The notes beneath the pieces are model-generated. The model was not told the origin of the DNA and searched no databases. It saw nothing but the letters and a program-made list of their open reading frames with translations. Positions 59,112-64,000 of a stretch of 64,000 nt of DNA are shown one piece after another (positions within the stretch are counted from its first letter, which is position 1; every line of letters begins with the position of its first letter). The position numbers and the translations under genes are program-made. The DNA is from a virus. The stretch spans positions 14,419 to 78,418 of the IMG/VR virus record IMGVR_UViG_3300045988_111115. One strand, written 5' to 3'.

Positions 59112-59672
59112 GTGCAAGAGATGATTAATAATAAAGTTGAAGAGATAAAGAAACACGTTGAAGCTATTGCGGATATACTCGGTATTGAGAAAACAGAGAG
59201 TAACGAAAATACCCCATTAAGAGTGGCTAAGATGTACTGTAATGAACTATTTGTCAACAGGAATAATGATAATATTGAGGAATTAAATTCTCGTATGAAA
59301 GTATTTTCTGCTGACGGTAATTCATCACCTGTTAAGATGGACAATATACCTTTTAACTCTGTTTGTGAACATCATTGGCTACCATTCTTCGGAACAGTGT
59401 CAGTACACTATGAGCCACAAGATAAGATAATAGGTCTTTCTAAAATTCCGAGAGTGGTTAAGTACTTTTCAAAGAAGCCACAGCTACAAGAGAGGTTGAC
59501 ACAAGAGATAGGGGAATATCTTGTATCGGTATTAAAACCTAAGTCTCTGACCGTAACAATAACTGCTACACATACTTGTGTTATGTGCAGAGGTATTGAA
59601 AGTCCTTGTGATACCACTACGGAGTTTAAATACAATGCTTCGAGAGGGGAGATTAATAGTGAAACTACCTAA
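59112..59672 (+). CDS. folE: GTP cyclohydrolase I FolE
   Basis: CEHH zinc motif, SKIPR, and an overall FolE layout. Confidence 0.75.
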   Translation: MQEMINNKVEEIKKHVEAIADILGIEKTESNENTPLRVAKMYCNELFVNRNNDNIEELNSRMKVFSADGNSSPVKMDNIPFNSVCEHHWLPFFGTVSVHYEPQDKIIGLSKIPRVVKYFSKKPQLQERLTQEIGEYLVSVLKPKSLTVTITATHTCVMCRGIESPCDTTTEFKYNASRGEINSETT

Positions 59673-61689
59673 AAAGGTTACACCCATCTTCAAAAAAGCA
59701 GAGGTAGTAGAGAAACCTAAGTATACCGACCTAAGACAAGTAATGGACTATACACGTCCTCTTAATATTTTCTTTTCGGGTGTTGAGTATGAAAGTTACC
59801 TTGAAATACTTTATAACTTGGGTATTCGTAATTTTCTTATGTCTTATGAGTATTTAAGAGGTAAAGGTATTTCTCAGCTTAAAAAGTACCCTGATATGCA
59901 CTTGTTCATAGATAGTGGTGCTTTTACGTACATCAATGACCCAAAGTATGAGGAGTACACTGTTGAGCAGTGGGAAAACCAAATAGAGAAGTACTTGAAT
60001 TGGGCTGAAAAACACAAAGACCAAATATTTGCTATTGCAGACCTTGACCTACAGTATGTAGTAGGGTGTGAGCAAGTTTATGAGTGGAGAAAGAAGTACT
60101 TTGAGCCGTTTATGCTAAGAACAGGAATACCTGTTTGCTTTATGTATCACGACGAGGGTATGTCTCAATGGGAGTATATGTGTAAGCGTTATCCTTATGT
60201 CGGACTTTCTCTTGTAGTTGATAATGGAAATGATGTTAAAGAGATGTTCCGTATAGCTGAAAAGCATAATACACTTATACAAGGTATGGCTTCTACTAAT
60301 ACTCAGATGTTGGTTAATTACCCTTTCTACACAGTAGATAGTACTACTTGGAATGTTGGATTGAAATATGGTGAAATATCTGTTTGGAATGGCTCTAAAA
60401 TGTCTCGTATCAAGAAGCAAGACTTTCAGTCTAAAGGTTTTCCCATTATACAAAGGTACGACAGAGACTTTGATTTTGACCTTATCTTAGAAGAGGATAA
60501 GACAGAAATGATAAAGGTAAATGCCTATGCGTTTGTTATGGCAGAGAAGTACATAAGGGAGCGTTTAAAGTCAAAAATGTATTGGTTTAAAGCTAAGGCA
60601 CAGAAAGTTGACTTGAATAATCTACCTGAGGACTTCTACCCTACCCAAGAGATGATTAATGACAGGACACTTACACTACCTCAGGCTCAAGAGTATGCTA
60701 AGAAGATGAACATTAACCCTGAATATGAGGGAGTACTGAACTTAGTATGTGATTTGACTACTTTTATGAATTGGGATAACCCCGATTATGCAGAACTTGT
60801 AGAGTGGTACAAAGACCCTGAGCAAGAAAAACTTATACAGGAACTTCACGACATCTATGTAAACCGTATAGTAGAAAGTAAAGAGGATATGTATTCCGAC
60901 CTTACTAAATTCTTTACTGAATGTGTTTCAGGTGAGAATGACAAGTTACTACAGTTAGGTACTAACTTTGACCGAATAGTCAAGGAGAGAGAACACTACA
61001 TAGAAGAGGAAGAGACCGAAGTAGTGGAACTTACAGAAGCACAAGTAAGAGATAGAATTTCTTACTTGCTACCTACCCCTGCTGATGAGGTAGACGAAGT
61101 AGCACTTGCTAAAGTAGACAAGGAGATATACAGCCACCTTGACATAAAACCACAGTTTGATGAGAAAGGTAAATTTCTTAAAGGACAGACTATCGCACGA
61201 AAGCCTAAAAAGGTGTATTCAGATAAGTACCCTAAATTGGCTTGTGATACTTGTTTAAATGCGGCGAAGTGTCCTGAGTACAAAGCAGGTTATGTATGTG
61301 CTTTTAACAAGATGTTTAAGCGTTTTGATACCCGAAATATGACAGATATAATGGAGGGTATGCAGAGTATAGTTGGTTACAATATGGAACGTATGCAAAG
61401 GGCAATGATAAATGAAACACTTAATGGTGTTATTGACCCGACCACTACTTCTTTAATGGACCAAAATATACGTTATATGAATATGCTAAAGCAGATGTAC
61501 GAGAACAGCAGTGCTGAGGTACTAAGACAGTCAAGAGTAATTCGCAATGATGGTACACTTGAAGAGACCACACAAGTAGTTAATCCTCAAAGTGGTGGTA
61601 TACTTGAAAAGATATTTGGTGGAATGAATGAGCCACCTAAGAAAAAGACTGAGGAAGAGAAGATTATCATTGAAGAGAATAAAGAATAA
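59635..61689 (+). CDS. dpdA: DpdA-like 7-deazaguanine DNA transglycosylase (TGT fold) with long C-terminal extension
   Basis: FIDSGAFTY resembles the TGT catalytic DSGGFQ motif. It also has a C-terminal Cys cluster CDTC...C...C and sits among folE and queCDE. The start is either ATG 59635 or GTG 59659. Confidence 0.5.
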   Translation: MLREGRLIVKLPKKVTPIFKKAEVVEKPKYTDLRQVMDYTRPLNIFFSGVEYESYLEILYNLGIRNFLMSYEYLRGKGISQLKKYPDMHLFIDSGAFTYINDPKYEEYTVEQWENQIEKYLNWAEKHKDQIFAIADLDLQYVVGCEQVYEWRKKYFEPFMLRTGIPVCFMYHDEGMSQWEYMCKRYPYVGLSLVVDNGNDVKEMFRIAEKHNTLIQGMASTNTQMLVNYPFYTVDSTTWNVGLKYGEISVWNGSKMSRIKKQDFQSKGFPIIQRYDRDFDFDLILEEDKTEMIKVNAYAFVMAEKYIRERLKSKMYWFKAKAQKVDLNNLPEDFYPTQEMINDRTLTLPQAQEYAKKMNINPEYEGVLNLVCDLTTFMNWDNPDYAELVEWYKDPEQEKLIQELHDIYVNRIVESKEDMYSDLTKFFTECVSGENDKLLQLGTNFDRIVKEREHYIEEEETEVVELTEAQVRDRISYLLPTPADEVDEVALAKVDKEIYSHLDIKPQFDEKGKFLKGQTIARKPKKVYSDKYPKLACDTCLNAAKCPEYKAGYVCAFNKMFKRFDTRNMTDIMEGMQSIVGYNMERMQRAMINETLNGVIDPTTTSLMDQNIRYMNMLKQMYENSSAEVLRQSRVIRNDGTLEETTQVVNPQSGGILEKIFGGMNEPPKKKTEEEKIIIEENKE

Positions 61690-61694
61690 AATGA

Positions 61695-61730
61695 AGTCCT
61701 ATGGAGTGTTTCTGTAGGACTTTTACTTTT
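61695..61730 (+). terminator. rho-independent terminator
   Basis: AGTCCTA-N13-TAGGACT followed by TTTTACTTTT. Confidence 0.6.
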
Positions 61731-61764
61731 GTCTGTTTATATGCTATAATGTAGTCAAATATAA

Positions 61765-62442
61765 ATGAAAGGAGTACTTAAAATGCAAGTACTAAATAAA
61801 TATCAATTAAATAAGCACCTCAGACGAGCAGAATTAGCCCTAAAACAAGGGTTAAGTGTTTTGTCAAGTAAATTGTCATATGGCACACTAAAAGTCCTTA
61901 AAAGCCTAAATTTGCTCCAAATAGAAGATAAGAGGTATACTAACATACTACAACGTAAGTTCTGTAACTTGGGTGTATACAGACTTACACCAAGGGGTAA
62001 ATTCAATGTAAGCTACGTAGTAGAGCCTATACAGCAGACTGACTTTCAAAGATATAAACTATTTGGAGTATTTAAGTGGGAGAGTATGCCACAGTATACT
62101 TACAGTAACAAAATAAGAGTAAGAGCAGAACTTATAGAGTTTCACTATGTGGACGACGTCTCTAAGGAAGTATCTATTGTATCTACTGCACATAATCGAG
62201 TTACCAGATGTAGTATGTCAATAGTAAAAGACAAAGGGTCAGATATACCTATGTACACCCTACAGTATGGCAAAGTTACTACTTGTAACTTTAGTAAGTG
62301 CCGTTATGGTCTTAATTTTATTATCCCCGAAAGAGAAGACACTAATGGTACTGCACTAAGTGTAATTGACAGAGTAATAATTAAAAGGCTAAGTTCAGAA
62401 ATGCCAACAGATGTAGAGATACAGGAGCAACTCATATCTTAG
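61765..62442 (+). CDS. hypothetical protein
   Basis: ORF with RBS AAAGGAG. Confidence 0.4.
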   Translation: MKGVLKMQVLNKYQLNKHLRRAELALKQGLSVLSSKLSYGTLKVLKSLNLLQIEDKRYTNILQRKFCNLGVYRLTPRGKFNVSYVVEPIQQTDFQRYKLFGVFKWESMPQYTYSNKIRVRAELIEFHYVDDVSKEVSIVSTAHNRVTRCSMSIVKDKGSDIPMYTLQYGKVTTCNFSKCRYGLNFIIPEREDTNGTALSVIDRVIIKRLSSEMPTDVEIQEQLIS

Positions 62443-62573
62443 GGGAAATTTGAACTAATTTAATAACTGTAGTATAATAAGTTTAAGTGCAGAGTTTGAA
62501 GTCAAGGTCACCTTGACTAATAAACCTTTAGGTTTATTTTAATACATAACTCTTATATAATATATTTAATATA

Positions 62574-62617
62574 GCTTGCATAATTCAAGATTACGCACGA
62601 GTATTAAGAAAGGAGTG
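62574..62617 (+). promoter_or_regulatory. second copy of the operator/promoter element (see 34088-34140)
   Basis: GCATAATTCAAGATTACGCAC-GAGTATTAAGAAAGGAG. Confidence 0.5.
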
Positions 62618-62636
62618 GTTAAAATGCAATGGATAC

Positions 62637-62963
62637 TTGCAGAAAAAAAAGTTACCTGAAAATAAGAGACCAGTACTTACAACAGTTGTATTCCCTGATG
62701 GTTATAGCTATGTAGGTGTCTCCTACTACGATAAAGATTTGGAATGTTGGAGAGACTATGTGACCGACTTTAATGAACCGAATAGAGTAGTAGCTTGGCA
62801 AGAGTTACCTAAACCCTATGCAGTAAGTACTAAAAAGGCAGTAGCTGAACTTGAAAATCAAGTACAGGAACAGCAGTCAAAGCGTTTAGCAGAGGACAGC
62901 AAGGTAATTCAAATGCTGACAGAGATTAGCGACAAATTAACAGCAATGGAGGAAGAGAAATGA
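62637..62963 (+). CDS. hypothetical protein; start compromised by A8 tract (ATG 62624 is out of frame)
   Basis: The RBS-proximal ATG at 62624 reads only 11 codons. The long ORF lies in the other frame and would be restored by loss of one A from the A8 run at 62643-62650. Confidence 0.4.
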   Translation: MQKKKLPENKRPVLTTVVFPDGYSYVGVSYYDKDLECWRDYVTDFNEPNRVVAWQELPKPYAVSTKKAVAELENQVQEQQSKRLAEDSKVIQMLTEISDKLTAMEEEK

Positions 62964-63028
62964 AGATACAAAGGTAGAAGTGGTTATAGCTGAGTAAGAG
63001 AATAAAGCTTAAGGAGTTGAAGTAAAGT

Positions 63029-63505
63029 ATGTTAGTTCCTGCAATCTTACATAAAGAGCAGATTATAAGGGAGTTTCAAAAGCAGTTTTATACAGAAGAT
63101 ATGTTCCTTGAAACAGGAAATTTCTATCAATGGTGTCCCAAAATATCCGAAAACCCTGATGAGGGACAGTTTGAGTATGCTATAGTAAAAGACTATAGAG
63201 TAGTTGGTTATATATCTTACAGTGTAGACTATTACTGTTCAAAGGTGTACAACTTTGGACTTGTGTCTTTTGATAAAGGTAATTACACAGTTGGTAAAGA
63301 CGTATTTAATAAGATAGAAGAACTTGTTGGAATGTACCACAGAGTTGAGTGGAGAATGATTAGAGGTAATCCTGCTGAAAGAAGCTATGATAAATTCTGC
63401 AAAAAGCATAATGGTAAGAAACATATCTTAAAAGACGCAGTAAGAGATAAATATGGTAATTATCGTGATGATGTTATTTATGAGATAGTACAGAGTACTG
63501 TATAA
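63029..63505 (+). CDS. GNAT-like acetyltransferase (tentative)
   Basis: 158 aa ORF with an RVEWRMIRGNPAERSYDKF segment. Confidence 0.3.
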   Translation: MLVPAILHKEQIIREFQKQFYTEDMFLETGNFYQWCPKISENPDEGQFEYAIVKDYRVVGYISYSVDYYCSKVYNFGLVSFDKGNYTVGKDVFNKIEELVGMYHRVEWRMIRGNPAERSYDKFCKKHNGKKHILKDAVRDKYGNYRDDVIYEIVQSTV

Positions 63506-63946
63506 AATCGGGAGTATAAAAATTGAGGTAATAGGTTGACAAGATATAACACATAAGTTATAATACATAATGTAAGGGTACAGTCCTTATAGTAATTAAG
63601 TGAATAGGTAAGTAGTAATACAAGTAAGTTATTTGTTTTATCCGTTTTGAAAGAGGTATCAACACTACTTAAGCACTTAAATACTGTATAGGTACTGTAC
63701 CCTTATTTTATATTTTTGCATAAAATTTAAAGAAATTGCGGAGAATTATATATTTTATAGCCTTTAAGAAAAAGGCAGAAAATATAGTGCATATATAAGA
63801 AGCAAAATTTCGGGAAAGTGCGGAGAAAGTATAAAAAAGTTTAAAAAGAATAATAAGGGTGTAGTATAAAGAAGTATATAAAGTAATAGCATAATAGAAT
63901 ATAAATATAACACTTGTAAACACCTTATGTCTATCTCTCTATGCCT

Positions 63947-64000
63947 CTTTACTCTTCCCTACTCCCTACTCCCTACTCCCTACTCCCTACTCCCTACTCC
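63947..64000. repeat. tandem heptamer (CTACTCC)n of at least 7 copies, running off the window edge
   Basis: Direct read. On the minus strand it is (GGGAGTA)n. Confidence 0.9.

Noticed and set aside
63947-64000. Possible CRISPR array
   Set aside because: The repeat unit is only 7 bp with no spacers. It is a microsatellite-like tandem repeat, not a CRISPR.

Overview
All 64 kb reads as one AT-rich, Firmicutes/Clostridia-type contractile-tailed (myovirus-like) phage or prophage. Nearly every gene is on the + strand, and no tRNA, rRNA or CRISPR array was seen. Gene order: (1) small unknown ORFs, then an ATP-dependent DNA ligase gene split by a ~2.5 kb insertion with group I intron core motifs (R and S elements forming P7) plus an IS607-type tnpA/tnpB pair, i.e. 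an IStron-like mobile ribozyme. (2) A morphogenesis block: large terminase, portal, scaffold, capsid, sheath, tube, a chaperone with a candidate -1 frameshift extension, a 1663-aa tape measure, P2-like baseplate proteins (LysM/X, D, V, W, J, I) and a 1248-aa beta-helix tail fibre. (3) A lysis cassette: XkdX-like, XhlA-like, holin and CHAP endolysin. (4) A replication/recombination module: SF2 helicase, DnaC-like loader, DnaB-like helicase, primase, gp32-like SSB, family-A polymerase, UvsX/RecA-like protein, Cas4-like and two Hjc-like PD-(D/E)xK nucleases, and a UvrD-like helicase. (5) A nucleotide/DNA-modification module: ThyX, a dNTP pyrophosphohydrolase-like protein, and a complete 7-deazaguanine set (FolE, QueD, QueE, QueC, oversized DpdA-like transglycosylase). 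The QueC in that set is fused to a radical-SAM/SPASM-like domain. The module also contains an HU protein, a phage SpoVS homolog, a type I signal peptidase, and an independently transcribed Gly/Arg-rich micro-protein next to two small proteins sharing an ATVGKLPQ motif. Other notable items are a decayed DNA methyltransferase pseudogene, repeated promoter/operator elements, an A8 slippage site at a gene start, and a CTACTCC heptamer array (G-quadruplex motif on the minus strand) at the truncated right edge.
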